Below, piece by piece: positions 26,097 through 36,095 of a stretch of DNA of 64,000 nt (position 1 is the first letter of the stretch; each line of letters begins with the position of its first letter). The notes beneath the pieces are model-generated. The model did not search any database and was not told the origin of the DNA. It was given only the letters and a program-made list of their open reading frames with translations. Source of the DNA: a candidate division FCPU426 bacterium (GTDB taxonomy: Bacteria > Oederibacteriota > Muellerivitia > Muellerivitales > Muellerivitaceae). The translations under genes and the position numbers were made by a program. Location: assembly GCA_963796105.1 (NCBI GenBank), contig CAWCKJ010000004.1, forward strand, positions 384,001 to 448,000, read 5' to 3'.

Positions 26097-26453
26097 TCAG
26101 ATTCGAAGAATGGACAACCCTGGGGGAGAAGTATCGAAAACAGGAACGGCTTTAGGAACAACGGCCAGCCTTACCGGAACAACCGCGAAAGCCGACCGGA
26201 TTTGAACCGTTGTCGCGATATTCGGGTTAACGGAACCGGTTTGAACCGCCGATTGGTTCATGGTTTGGCAAGCCAAGCTGTGGGTTTTTTTCGAATGGCA
26301 ACAGCCTATCTTTCCCGTCTTGGAATGGGAACAGCATGCTGGAACCTGGTTTTGAATCATCGGGTTCGCCGAGCAAAGGGGGCAAGGCATTAAAGCCAAC
26401 ACGACCCCTGCCGCAAGGAACGTTCTATATATATGTAAGAAGAATTTGCCCAT
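26097..26453 (-). CDS. Small Cys/His-rich exported protein upstream of the efflux operon
   Basis: CPLC, CCSH, CCH and a C-terminal SPP..SILRI tail of the kind often seen before metal transport operons. Confidence 0.6.
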   Translation of the reverse strand: MGKFFLHIYRTFLAAGVVLALMPCPLCSANPMIQNQVPACCSHSKTGKIGCCHSKKTHSLACQTMNQSAVQTGSVNPNIATTVQIRSAFAVVPVRLAVVPKAVPVFDTSPPGLSILRI

Positions 26454-26565
26454 GCATTAAAGGTACGCCTGGAAGCCCGGTTCCGTCAAGGAGAACCATT
26501 CCCCATCCTCCCATCCCGGCCTCATCGCCTCAGTTGGACAGGCCTATGGTGGTTACCAGAGGTGA

Positions 26566-27177
26566 TTAGTCACCTTTTCCCCGCCGCTGGGCCACCATTG
26601 CGCCGGATGCCCCTCCCAACAGGATCAGGCCCAGCCAGATTAAAAACCTCGTGTTGTCGCTCCCTAGGGACGCGCCGAACTTATCGTTAATGAACCTTCC
26701 CAGGAGAAAACAAAGAAATCCGCCTAAGCCGGAATAAAAGAGGATCCAGAACAGCTCCCCCCAGGAATGGAAGCGCTGGCTGATGCCCAGGATGGGTTGG
26801 AGAACGGGGAAATAAATGAAAGCGAACAAAACTCCCAGGATGATCTCATGGTGGATCAAGGCGTAATAATAAGGGCTTCCGGTCATGAGCAGGATATAGG
26901 CGGCCCAGAAATAAGCCGAGACGCCCAGGCCCCAATTGAGGACAAAACCCAAAGGCCATAGGACGATTCCCAGGAAACCGCCGGTGCCTTTCCATCGGTA
27001 GGCGTATAGAATCGGATATCCAGCCAGCCAAAAGAGATCGCCGTAAAAAAAGTTCTTTTCCCACAGAGCGTCCGCGATGGGATGAAACCGAAGGAGGATA
27101 AAACCAGCGAGAGAAAGCCCTTCGAATACAAGGAATCGAACCACCGACCGGTTTGCTTTGGGATTTTTCCCGGCCAT
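26566..27177 (-). CDS. Hypothetical polytopic membrane protein (paralog B)
   Basis: About 6 hydrophobic segments; similar to the adjacent ORF. Confidence 0.7.
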   Translation of the reverse strand: MAGKNPKANRSVVRFLVFEGLSLAGFILLRFHPIADALWEKNFFYGDLFWLAGYPILYAYRWKGTGGFLGIVLWPLGFVLNWGLGVSAYFWAAYILLMTGSPYYYALIHHEIILGVLFAFIYFPVLQPILGISQRFHSWGELFWILFYSGLGGFLCFLLGRFINDKFGASLGSDNTRFLIWLGLILLGGASGAMVAQRRGKGD

Positions 27178-27190
27178 GAAAACCCTCCCT

Positions 27191-27820
27191 TTAGCCTTTT
27201 CTTGTCTTATTGCTGAACCAAATCACCACCGCGATCCCCAGGAGGATGAAGACCATCCAGATCAGGCAGCGGATCTCATCATTTCCGAAAAACATTCCCC
27301 ACTTGGTGTTGAGGGTGCGGCCCAGCCAATAACCCCCGAAACTGCCGCTGACCGCGTCGGAAATCATTCCAACGGATCTCCAAAAGGTCACGTTGTCCCC
27401 GCCCACACCCCAAAGGTGCTCGACCAGGACAAAATAGACTAGGACGAAAACGGGCCCCAGGAACATGAAATCCTGCTTGAATACAAGATAACAGGAGGCC
27501 AAACCCAGGGCATAACCTGTAACGTAAAGGACGTAAGCCACCCAACAGTAGCAGGAAATCAGCAATACCACCCGTAAGGCGATGCTCAAGGGGGAGATCA
27601 AGAATTTCAACACCAACGGAATCTTTAATTGATTGTAGAAATATAAAACCGGATAGAGGGCCACAAAAACAACCGCGTTTGTCAAAAAGAAGAGAGGGGT
27701 TACTTCGTTCGCGGGAGCGTATTGGAGAATATGAAAGAACCCTACGATCCCTATGATCTCCCACAATATGAACCTCGAAAAAGGCGGGTTCGGATCTAGC
27801 GAGGTCATTTCTTTACTCAA
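27191..27820 (-). CDS. Hypothetical polytopic membrane protein (paralog A)
   Basis: About 6 hydrophobic segments; similar to 26566-27177. Confidence 0.7.
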   Translation of the reverse strand: MSKEMTSLDPNPPFSRFILWEIIGIVGFFHILQYAPANEVTPLFFLTNAVVFVALYPVLYFYNQLKIPLVLKFLISPLSIALRVVLLISCYCWVAYVLYVTGYALGLASCYLVFKQDFMFLGPVFVLVYFVLVEHLWGVGGDNVTFWRSVGMISDAVSGSFGGYWLGRTLNTKWGMFFGNDEIRCLIWMVFILLGIAVVIWFSNKTRKG

Positions 27821-27821
27821 T

Positions 27822-28220
27822 TTACCCCTCCGGTGATGATGGATTCTTTTCCGTCGCGCAACCGCAAACCTGACAATGGTAAATCATAATCCAATTGCCG
27901 GTTTGTTTGTCATATTTTGAGCTTGGATGGTTGACCCTGGACCCGCACCAGGAACAATGGGCTTTCATCCATTTCAACCTGCTTGTTCCCCAGAGAAGGG
28001 CCAAGCCAGCTCCCAAGGCCAATCCGGTCAATGGGAAGATCATTTTTTCGGACAACCCATAATGCGGCCAAAGGAGATTGGCGCCCATGAGTATGGCTAA
28101 AATCCAAAGAAGGAAAAACCTGGGCCAAGGAACACGTTCCGCCAAGAATAGAATTCGATTTAAGTTTTTTATATTCCGCGTTTTTTTCGCATACACCCTC
28201 TTTGTCCCTCCCCGCCTCAT
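27822..28220 (-). CDS. Hypothetical membrane protein with C-terminal zinc ribbon
   Basis: Two TM segments followed by CSWC...CQVC. Confidence 0.6.
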   Translation of the reverse strand: MRRGGTKRVYAKKTRNIKNLNRILFLAERVPWPRFFLLWILAILMGANLLWPHYGLSEKMIFPLTGLALGAGLALLWGTSRLKWMKAHCSWCGSRVNHPSSKYDKQTGNWIMIYHCQVCGCATEKNPSSPEG

Positions 28221-28508
28221 ACTTTTCCATTCAAGAATTAATCAAGATTAATTGCTTTACAAACTATCAGTGACTCGCGAATTAACATGACATAAATCAT
28301 ATTAATCAGCCCCCCGAATTATTCCTTCATCAAACCCGCGGCCCGATTTTTCAGTTACCCAGTAGAAACCAAATCTCCCGGCTTATAAAAACTTTCCAAA
28401 AACGATCGATTTTTTCCCTTAATTTCAAATGGTTCTTTTAACAAATTATATTTTTATGGTTACCTTTAGTTACCAATATAACAAAAGTAAACTTCGAAAA
28501 CTTGGTTC

Positions 28509-28524
28509 TGTGATCCAAATCACA
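28509..28524. promoter_or_regulatory. CRP/FNR-family binding site (perfect TGTGA-N6-TCACA)
   Basis: TGTGAtccaaaTCACA in the divergent intergenic region ~130 bp upstream of the YceI gene. Confidence 0.7.
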
Positions 28525-28652
28525 TAAAACTTCTTATTCTTAATTTAAAAGAAGGTTACAGAAAGGTTAACGGCAGGGGGTTCCCGTGGAATCACTCTCG
28601 GCAAACCGAAACCCTATTGGCCGAAGCCTCAACTTAACTCAAGGAGTCTTTC

Positions 28653-29399
28653 ATGAAACTAAAATGGGCGGTAGCAAGCTTGATTCTTTCCGCGGGGGCA
28701 GTGGGTGTAATCCGGGCGGATTCCACCGGGAATACCCTCGGGAACCAGTTGACCTCCAACAACGTCGTTCCCATTACCGAACGGCCCGCGACGATCGTGG
28801 GGGCCATCCCGGAAATTTCCGCCCCCGAGGGAAACTCCCTGCTCACCCTCCAATCCGGAAGCGCGCTCTACCTGGCGGGGGATTCCACGCTCCATAAATA
28901 TGAAATGGGAGCGAAGTCCCTCCGGGGCTCAGCGGTATTAATGGCATCCTCAAAATCATTGAAAGCCGAAGGCGGCCTTCTCAATGCTCTGAAGGCGGGA
29001 AACGTGAAAACCATGGAACTGGATGTTCCTGTCACCTTCCTCAAATCGAAGGAAAGCGGATTGGATAGCAACGCCTACAAGAGCCTGTTAGCCGCCGGCA
29101 ATCCCCTCATCAAATTCGTCTTGAAGACTGAGTCCGTAACGGAAGGCAAGGACGCGGCTTCTTACTTCATGACCGCCCAGGGCGACTTGTCCGTCGCCGG
29201 CGCTTCTCAGCCCGTCACTTTAAACGCGGAGATCCAGGTCAAGGACGGACAGGTTCGCATCAAGGGCGTGCAGAAATTGAAAATGACCGATTACAAAATC
29301 ACCCCCCCGAAAATCAGCCTGCTGATCGCCTCCATTGTTTGCACGGACGAGATCGAGATCCATTACGACGTGACTTTCGCCCCGTCGGCGAAGGAATAA
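28653..29399 (+). CDS. YceI family periplasmic protein
   Basis: Signal peptide; GDSTLH, VPVTFLKS..SGLD, GDLSVAG, LKMTDYKITPP. Confidence 0.85.
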   Translation: MKLKWAVASLILSAGAVGVIRADSTGNTLGNQLTSNNVVPITERPATIVGAIPEISAPEGNSLLTLQSGSALYLAGDSTLHKYEMGAKSLRGSAVLMASSKSLKAEGGLLNALKAGNVKTMELDVPVTFLKSKESGLDSNAYKSLLAAGNPLIKFVLKTESVTEGKDAASYFMTAQGDLSVAGASQPVTLNAEIQVKDGQVRIKGVQKLKMTDYKITPPKISLLIASIVCTDEIEIHYDVTFAPSAKE

Positions 29400-29544
29400 A
29401 GGGGAGAGATGATCCGGGTCCTCCCTGAGGACCCGGTTTATTGAAGGAACTTTGGGCCGGTCATAAGGCTGGTGAGAATGAGGACTCCGGGGGAGCCGGA
29501 GGATCCCATGGGACCCAAAGGGCAGCACAAATTAAACGGAGGAG

Positions 29545-30972
29545 TTGGAAATGAAAAATTTTCAGAAAGTCTTGATGGCGGCGGCCTTTCTGCTGAGCTT
29601 CACGCCCAGTTTGAGGGCGGCCGAGTTATTCAAGAACGACGATCTTGATTTGTCGTTTGGGGGCCGGCTCCAACTGACGGGCGACCTGGAATTGGTGACC
29701 ACCGACCTGATAAGAGAGCATGTCCGGGTATTTCTGTGGGATGAGGAGGATAGGCTCTTCACCAGCGGAAACTACCAGGGCTACAAATGGAACTTCGAGG
29801 TGGCCTTCGGCGGGGAAGCCATCAACAGCAGTAACAACCAGTTGAACCTGCTGGACGCCAGTGCGGATATTCCCCTGATCCCCGACATGGTGACGGTAAA
29901 AGTCGGACAGTTCAAGGTGCCGGGAAACCTGGAAAGCGCCGACTATGAGGGCAACCAGCTTTTCACGGAAAAGTCCCCCATCTTCAACCTTTTCTTCAAC
30001 CAGGGTTATGACACCGGAATTGCCCTTTACGGACACCTAGGAAACCTGGAAGGCCAGGCCGGAATGGTGCAAGGCGGGCCGGATGTGATTCAGCGTTATT
30101 TGCCGGAAGTCTTGAACTTTCCCACCCCGATGTTTCTCAGGATCGGGTATGACGAAATCCAGGACGATCCTTTCCACCCCAAGCAAACCGGCTTTGAGAA
30201 ACCCAAGAAAAGCCAGTTCGCCATCCATGCCACCGGTTATTTGGCCGCTGATAGCAACGCGGGCCATAGCGAGGACCTGGGATTGGGCGGCGGATACCTT
30301 TCCACCTTCAACGCCAACAGCCAGTACGGCAACGTGCTGATTTCCTCGGTGTTCAACCCCTACCTTTCGGCGGCGGGAGTCGCGCCGGTCAGCGCCCTTT
30401 ACTACCAGGCCGGGTTGGATTTCCAATACCGTATGCCGGTGGCTGATACCACCTTCACCATGCAGGGGCAGGCCATGATCGGTCACTACAACGCGACCGT
30501 TCCAAACCCGACGAACTACGAGACACCCGTTTCCATCCTGGGCAAGCCTGAGGTCCCCGGAAAGCAATACGCCTTGAACATCGGCGGCGGCGAGTTTATG
30601 GCTTCCATCGGGGACAAGCCCTGGGAATTCGCGGGCCGTTTCGCGGTGGTGATTCCGGATGTGGGAATGGTAGGCACCTACGTCACCCGGCACCCGAATG
30701 GATCGGCGGCAGCCACGCTTTTCGCGCCGGTCTTCATGGATAGCAGTCCGATCTATGAGCTCACATTCCCGTCCATCACCTGGCACATGAACAACGACTG
30801 CAAGCTGGTGGCGGAGACCATGTTCATGATCGACACCCCGGCGGTCAGGAGCGACGACGGAACCTACCTCATCGCGGAAATGCCGGGCTCGGCGAACTCC
30901 GGGATCAATCTTGCCAATTACCGGGACATCCTGGTGCCGGTCGGCCGGATGATGTTCCAGTTCCAGTTTTAA
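29545..30972 (+). CDS. Porin-like outer-membrane protein (OprO/P-like)
   Basis: Signal peptide, GRLQ, LLDA, VKVGQFKVP, C-terminal FQFQF. Confidence 0.7.
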   Translation: MEMKNFQKVLMAAAFLLSFTPSLRAAELFKNDDLDLSFGGRLQLTGDLELVTTDLIREHVRVFLWDEEDRLFTSGNYQGYKWNFEVAFGGEAINSSNNQLNLLDASADIPLIPDMVTVKVGQFKVPGNLESADYEGNQLFTEKSPIFNLFFNQGYDTGIALYGHLGNLEGQAGMVQGGPDVIQRYLPEVLNFPTPMFLRIGYDEIQDDPFHPKQTGFEKPKKSQFAIHATGYLAADSNAGHSEDLGLGGGYLSTFNANSQYGNVLISSVFNPYLSAAGVAPVSALYYQAGLDFQYRMPVADTTFTMQGQAMIGHYNATVPNPTNYETPVSILGKPEVPGKQYALNIGGGEFMASIGDKPWEFAGRFAVVIPDVGMVGTYVTRHPNGSAAATLFAPVFMDSSPIYELTFPSITWHMNNDCKLVAETMFMIDTPAVRSDDGTYLIAEMPGSANSGINLANYRDILVPVGRMMFQFQF

Positions 30973-31161
30973 CAGGCTGCCAAAAGTGGGAATGGGCCCA
31001 CAAAGCAGCCTGTGACCCCAAAGATTCCGCAGTCTTTGGTTTGCGGGTACATAGGGGCTCTTCCCTATGAGCGCTGTTGAATCGTGGGGTTACCATAAAA
31101 GTTGTCAGCTGAAAAAGTTCCCTCAGGGACTTTTTCAGCCAATAGTTAAGTAAAGAAGAGG

Positions 31162-31833
31162 TTGCCCATGGGGATAAAATTCAGCTTTAAACTTCTCCTC
31201 AGGGCTTTATTGGCAGCAGCCTGCGCCGCGGTTCTCTCCCGGGGCGTAGGCTACTCTGCCGATGATATCTCCATGGCTTTTAACGAAAGCTGGGGGCATT
31301 ACTCGGTGGAAGCGTCATTTTTCACTGACGCGGAAAACAAGACCGTCTGGGACGTCTTGACGGACTATGACCATATTCCCCAATTCGTCCATAGCATGAA
31401 GATCAGCAAGGTTGAGGGCGGCGGCAGGGGCAATTATGTCCTTCGCCAGGAAGGCGAGGGAGGGTTCCTTTTCTTCTCCAAAAGGGTCCATCTCCTGCTG
31501 GATGTCCACGAAACACCCTATCAATCCATATTCTTCACGGATAACAGTCATACCGATTTCAACTTTTACCAGGGTAATTGGAATATTGTTCCGGCCACTT
31601 CGGGACATGGTTTGGAGGTCATTTATACCCTGGACGCCAAGCAGAATTTCTCGGCTCCGGCATTTATTTCCACTGGTATTGTCCAGGGGAACGTGAAGGA
31701 CCTGCTGGAGTCCCTTCAGAAGGAAATCGCGAAACGCCAAATTTCAGCGGACGCCGAAAAGCTGAGGGAGAAAACCGCCACCTTGAAATTCGCCTCAAAA
31801 CCAAAACCCGCCTCGACTTCCGAGATTCATTAA
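31162..31833 (+). CDS. SRPBCC / polyketide cyclase family protein, exported
   Basis: VWDVLTDYDHIPQFVHSM...SKV and DFNFYQGNW motifs. Confidence 0.8.
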   Translation: MPMGIKFSFKLLLRALLAAACAAVLSRGVGYSADDISMAFNESWGHYSVEASFFTDAENKTVWDVLTDYDHIPQFVHSMKISKVEGGGRGNYVLRQEGEGGFLFFSKRVHLLLDVHETPYQSIFFTDNSHTDFNFYQGNWNIVPATSGHGLEVIYTLDAKQNFSAPAFISTGIVQGNVKDLLESLQKEIAKRQISADAEKLREKTATLKFASKPKPASTSEIH

Positions 31834-31904
31834 TCAATACCTGATTTTCTAATCCCGCTGAATTTCCCGGTTTCAAAACATTAAACCGGGCTTTTTCATT
31901 TTAT

Positions 31905-33170
31905 TTACCTCGTCTTCGGCTTTTCAAAGCTTGAGGGGCCTTCCCTCCCGTCCCAGCCTCCCTTAGTTTTCCCTCCGGCGTTTTCTTCATGAGGCTCCAT
32001 CGAGGCGGCTCTCTCCAATTTATGGAGGCCATATTTTCTCTTGATGGAATCCACGCTTTTAAAAAGGGCTTCTTTTTTCAAGTTGTTCATCTCAGGAAAA
32101 AGCCAGTCCCCTCCCCCGCTTTCTTTCTCCAGTTTGGAAAGGGTCACTCCCAACAAACGGATCTTCCTTTTCCCGGTTCCGCATTCCTGGAATAGGCCGT
32201 AAGCGGCCTTCATGACCTCCGCGTCATCGTCGGTGGCGGGAAAGCTCCTGGCCCGGGTCAGGGTCTGGAAATCGTCGTAGCGGAGCTTGAGCGTCACGGT
32301 GCGGGCCTTTTTGCCCAGGCGCCTGAGGCGGTAACAGCTTTTTTCGGAAAGCCAAGCCAGGGTTCGCCGCAGGGTATCCGGGTCATTCGTGTCCTTCTCG
32401 AACGTAGTCTCGTTTCCGACGCTTTTAGCTGTGTGGAAAGTCTCCACTTGGGAGTCGTCGATGCCCCTGGCCGCGTTGTAAAGCCATTCCCCCGCCGAGG
32501 GCCCGAGGGCCTTATCCAGCCGGTCCATGGGAATCGACAGGATATCCCCGATCTTCTCGATTCGCATGGCCTTGAGGCGGGGAAGGGTTTTATCACCGAC
32601 ACCGTGGAGCCTCTCGATGGGGAGGGCCCCCAGGAACTTTTGCTCCTCCCCGTCCGGCACAAGGATGATTCCCGTCTTGGAGCCCGAGGAGGGCTTGACC
32701 GTCTTCCCCGCGATCTTGGCCACGTATTTGTTGCTGGCGAAAGCCACAGTGCAGTGAAGGCCCGTCCTGGAAAGGATGCTTTCCTTGACCTTACGGGCCA
32801 TGGCCTCCAGGTCGTTCCCGTAAAGGGCCTCGCATCCCGTGAAGTCGAGGTAAAACTCGTCGATGGAGGCGTACTCCACCACCGGCGCGAGGCGTTTCAG
32901 GAGCGCGTAAACTTTTCGGGAATATTTCGAGTAGAGCTTATGCTTCCCCCGCACGAACATGGCTTGGGGGCAGAGTTTCCCCGCGGTTAAAAGAGGCATG
33001 CCGGACTTGATCCCGAACTTGCGGGCCTCGTAGGAGGCCGAGGCCACGACCCCTCTTTCCCCCTTGTTCCCCCCGACGATAACGGGTTTCCCGTTCAAGG
33101 ACGGGTCCACCAGCCTCTCGCAGGACACGAAAAAGGAGTCCATATCCACATGGGCGATAATGCGTCTCAT
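31905..33170 (-). CDS. dinB: DNA polymerase IV
   Basis: HVDMDSFFVS, RGVVASASYEARKFGI, SIDEFYLD, KSVGNETTF, IRLLGV. Confidence 0.95.
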   Translation of the reverse strand: MRRIIAHVDMDSFFVSCERLVDPSLNGKPVIVGGNKGERGVVASASYEARKFGIKSGMPLLTAGKLCPQAMFVRGKHKLYSKYSRKVYALLKRLAPVVEYASIDEFYLDFTGCEALYGNDLEAMARKVKESILSRTGLHCTVAFASNKYVAKIAGKTVKPSSGSKTGIILVPDGEEQKFLGALPIERLHGVGDKTLPRLKAMRIEKIGDILSIPMDRLDKALGPSAGEWLYNAARGIDDSQVETFHTAKSVGNETTFEKDTNDPDTLRRTLAWLSEKSCYRLRRLGKKARTVTLKLRYDDFQTLTRARSFPATDDDAEVMKAAYGLFQECGTGKRKIRLLGVTLSKLEKESGGGDWLFPEMNNLKKEALFKSVDSIKRKYGLHKLERAASMEPHEENAGGKTKGGWDGREGPSSFEKPKTR

Positions 33171-33239
33171 AGCATACGCTAGTATACTTGGATGTAGGCA
33201 TCAATCAACTTTGATGTTTTTGATTAATATTCTGAGCTG

Positions 33240-33301
33240 TCACCGCGTTTGTGGAGCCCATCCCGAGAGAAGTGAGGGATCACGATTCCATTCTGCGGTG
33301 A
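33240..33301. repeat. Degenerate REP-like hairpin
   Basis: tcaccgc...gcggtga stem around catcccgagagaagtgagggatc, resembling the widespread GTCATCCTGAGCGAAGCGAAGGATC intergenic repeat. Confidence 0.4.
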
Positions 33302-33400
33302 GCTGTGTCTCTGAGTCCCTGTACCGATTTCCAATAATTAATAAATGTTAATCGTCACTATACCGATATCTTTAAATGTTTATATGAAAGTCGGCATGTG
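33301..33400 (-). repeat. Diverged inverted copy of the double-hairpin element found at 39.2 and 40.8 kb
   Basis: agctgtgtctctg..gtaccgatttcc...atcgtcactataccg...cggcatgtg matches the reverse complement of cacataccg...cggcatagtaccgat...gatcggcacagagacccagct. Confidence 0.6.
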
Positions 33401-33417
33401 GTGAGTTTAAGGTTTTT

Positions 33418-33927
33418 TTACCCTTTTTTAAAAGTCAGCTTGATGCCCCCGCTGTTTTGGGAGGGGGTTCCCCCCGCGGCTTTGAACCGTTGGGCCATAC
33501 GGGCATCTTCCTCGATCCTCTTGGCCTCCAAGGCTTGGAGCCTCTCGAAGTCCTTTTTGTTGATGGCCGCGAAGTGAACCTCTCCCCTGAATAGGACCCT
33601 CTTCAACTCCATGAAAGACTCGACCTTCTTTATTTTCGACAAAACCCGGAAGGTAGTGCGGTGCTTGGCCGCGAACATCTCGATTTCAATGATTTCATTT
33701 TTGGAAAAAATGCTGTCACCCGTCAGGTGAAGGTCCCCGTAGGAGGAGTTCTTGTTGAGCACGTAATACAAATCCGCATTAGGCAGGTCGAACCCGCCGG
33801 ATTTCCAGGATTTTTTTCTCGGGGTCTTCTTGGGCTTCACTCGTTGGTATTTCACTTCCACCATCGACTGCATCATGCCCTTGCCGTATTTTTCAAGCCA
33901 ACCTGACTTCTGGGCCATCTTTCTCAT
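33418..33927 (-). CDS. Hypothetical basic protein (possibly degenerate PilZ-like)
   Basis: 169-aa ORF; NSSYGD...EIEM...VHFAAI only loosely PilZ-like. Confidence 0.5.
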   Translation of the reverse strand: MRKMAQKSGWLEKYGKGMMQSMVEVKYQRVKPKKTPRKKSWKSGGFDLPNADLYYVLNKNSSYGDLHLTGDSIFSKNEIIEIEMFAAKHRTTFRVLSKIKKVESFMELKRVLFRGEVHFAAINKKDFERLQALEAKRIEEDARMAQRFKAAGGTPSQNSGGIKLTFKKG

Positions 33928-34025
33928 TCCTTATCGTGGGTTCCTAGCAAGCGCTTTAAAAGATACCACAAATGGAAAATTCACCGCCAGTAGGCTGCTG
34001 AAAAAAGGGGCCGCCGGGGCCTCTT

Positions 34026-34652
34026 TCAGGAAAACGCCTTCGAGAGGCTCGGTAAAACGTTGGTTCGGTTGAGTTCGCGCGCCGTAAGACCCCGGGACTC
34101 CCATTCCACCAGGCGTTTCTGGTGCTCTTGCATAATGGGGCGTATCGAGCTTTCGGCGAAAACAGCCTTGAGGTGGAGGGATAAGGAACCTTCCGGGGGC
34201 CGGTTGGCCCCGGTCAGGAGCCGGGCTGCCCCATCCTGGGAACAGGCTGTCAGGAGGAATGAATTGCCTGTAAAGGAATAGATTTCCAAATTGGGAATAA
34301 TCACCTTCCCGCCTTCCTTGCCTTCCACCCAGTTGACCAGGAGCAAGACGGATTTCTTGTCCGGGGAGATGAAGGTCCTGGCCCAGAAGAAGTTCAGGGC
34401 CGGATAGGAATAGTCCCCCATCAGGGAAAAGCCTTCCTCTTTCAACTTATCCGTGACTTCCGCCTGCCAGGGCGGGGTCAGGGCCTGCACCATTCCCTCC
34501 GGAGCCGGCACCAGGACCACGGAAACTTTGGGCATCCCCTCGTAACCTTGGGGCGGAGACGTCCTCTTTTTCCGCCAGGGTATTTCGGTCACGAGGATAT
34601 AGCCGATGACGATGCCGATGAGAATGAGAAGTATGCTTCCGCCCAGCCCCAT
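34026..34652 (-). CDS. Hypothetical membrane-anchored protein
   Basis: RBS AAGGA; single N-terminal TM helix. Confidence 0.65.
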   Translation of the reverse strand: MGLGGSILLILIGIVIGYILVTEIPWRKKRTSPPQGYEGMPKVSVVLVPAPEGMVQALTPPWQAEVTDKLKEEGFSLMGDYSYPALNFFWARTFISPDKKSVLLLVNWVEGKEGGKVIIPNLEIYSFTGNSFLLTACSQDGAARLLTGANRPPEGSLSLHLKAVFAESSIRPIMQEHQKRLVEWESRGLTARELNRTNVLPSLSKAFS

Positions 34653-34681
34653 GAAATTCCTTTTCTAAATTATGATTGATA

Positions 34682-34737
34682 TGTCATTGCGACGAATGTT
34701 CGCCGAATAGGCGAACGACAATGAGGAAGCAACCCAA
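34682..34737. repeat. Degenerate REP-like element (GTCATTGCGA...GAAGCAA type)
   Basis: tgtcattgcgacgaat-gttcgcc-gaata-ggcgaac-gacaatgaggaagcaaccc. Confidence 0.4.
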
Positions 34738-34875
34738 GTATTAATAAGCCTTATTTAATGCCTTAATCAATTGAGCTTTCATTGCGCCGGTTTTCGTTAT
34801 TAAACAATTAATTGTAATCGATACGATACCAGCCTCACTATCGGCTTTATGGAAGGCTGGCAAACGAACCGCGAA

Positions 34876-35556
34876 TTATGCCATAGGCTTGAAGTGGTTG
34901 GCGCTTAAACCCGCCGCGTAATCCTTGGCGAGAACCTCGAAATTTTTGAGTATTTTCGCCCGGTCATAACCCAAAACCACGTGGCCCAGCATGCAGGTGG
35001 AAAAAGTCAACATGTTGATGGCGTAGGCGCTGATCGGCAGGTTGACTTCGGGTCTGATCATTCCGCGCCGTTGAAACTCTGCCAAACGGTCCAATAAAAT
35101 TTTATTGGACCCGGCTGTTAACCTGTTGATGTTTTCCATGAGTTTCGGGTCAACCAGGGCCCTGTAAATGATCACTTTGAAAAAACTCCTGTGCTTTACG
35201 AACAAATCGAGCCGGAAAGAACAGTAATTCAGGATTTCGCGCAAAAAAGAATCCCCTCCGGGATATTGGGCCCGGAACCCGCCGGCCAGTTCCTTTTCGT
35301 AAAAAGAATCGATGAGTGACCGCAAGAGGCCTTCCTTGCTTTTGAAGTACCGGTGGATGAGGGATTCGTTGACGCCTGATTCCCTGGCGATGAGCCTGGT
35401 GGTCGCGGCGTCGTAACCGTACTTGGAAAATACTCTCAGGGCCGCGTCCAAAAGGGTTTGGATTGTGTTTTTCCTGGATCTTTTCCTGAAGGCTGGTTCC
35501 TGGCTTCTCGAAAGCGTTTTTTTGGGGGGCGCTCCGGCCCTTTTCGTCCTCGGCAT
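34876..35556 (-). CDS. TetR/AcrR family regulator
   Basis: LLDAALRVFSKYGYDAATTRLIARESGVNESLIHRYFKSKEGL. Confidence 0.92.
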   Translation of the reverse strand: MPRTKRAGAPPKKTLSRSQEPAFRKRSRKNTIQTLLDAALRVFSKYGYDAATTRLIARESGVNESLIHRYFKSKEGLLRSLIDSFYEKELAGGFRAQYPGGDSFLREILNYCSFRLDLFVKHRSFFKVIIYRALVDPKLMENINRLTAGSNKILLDRLAEFQRRGMIRPEVNLPISAYAINMLTFSTCMLGHVVLGYDRAKILKNFEVLAKDYAAGLSANHFKPMA

Positions 35557-35642
35557 AGATAGACTCCTTTTGTAAATACCGGCGGGGTTTTATACGAATC
35601 CATTTTAGCGTACCTGAAAATATTTCGGTAAGCAGTTATTAA

Positions 35643-35670
35643 CTTGACCTATTCGCGGCTTGCGGTATCT
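35643..35670 (+). promoter_or_regulatory. Candidate sigma70 promoter for the XRE gene
   Basis: TTGACC-16 nt-TATCTT, followed by TTACTAAGTAAGTAA (possible operator). Confidence 0.4.
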
Positions 35671-35771
35671 TTTACTAAGTAAGTAAACGATTACATACCG
35701 GCCGCCAGGGATTCGGGTTATTGGCCGATGAAAACCCGAATGGGCGAAATATTAAAAAAAGGATTATAGGA

Positions 35772-35996
35772 ATGAAAAAATCCGACCAGCAAACCATTGA
35801 GACATTCGGGGCGAACGTCCGCAAAATCCGCAAAATGAAGGGTTGGTCCCAGATAAATTTGGGCGATAAAGCGGATTTGGCCGGCAATTTCATCGGTTTC
35901 GTGGAACGCGGTGAAAGAAGCATCACGCTTAAAAATATCGTAAAAATACAAAAGGCCTTGGGCTGCGCTATCAACAAACTCTTCGTGGGGCTTTAA
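35772..35996 (+). CDS. XRE/HTH_3 regulator (controller-protein-like)
   Basis: FGANVRKIRKMKGWSQ..LG..A.L...FIG.VERGERSITL.NI.KI..AL. Confidence 0.85.
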   Translation: MKKSDQQTIETFGANVRKIRKMKGWSQINLGDKADLAGNFIGFVERGERSITLKNIVKIQKALGCAINKLFVGL

Positions 35997-36095
35997 AACA
36001 AAGCCTATTCAGGGTGGGCCTGATCGCGGGGAGAACACGTCACTCAGTGATGAATCACGACTGGTATCCGGATTGGAACGGATTTAGGGGATTTT

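Noticed and set aside
30974..31142. IS-derived MITE (aggctg...ctttttcagc) and a similar end at ~33990
   Set aside because: Only a hairpin and a partial end resemblance; no clear terminal repeat pair or target duplication.
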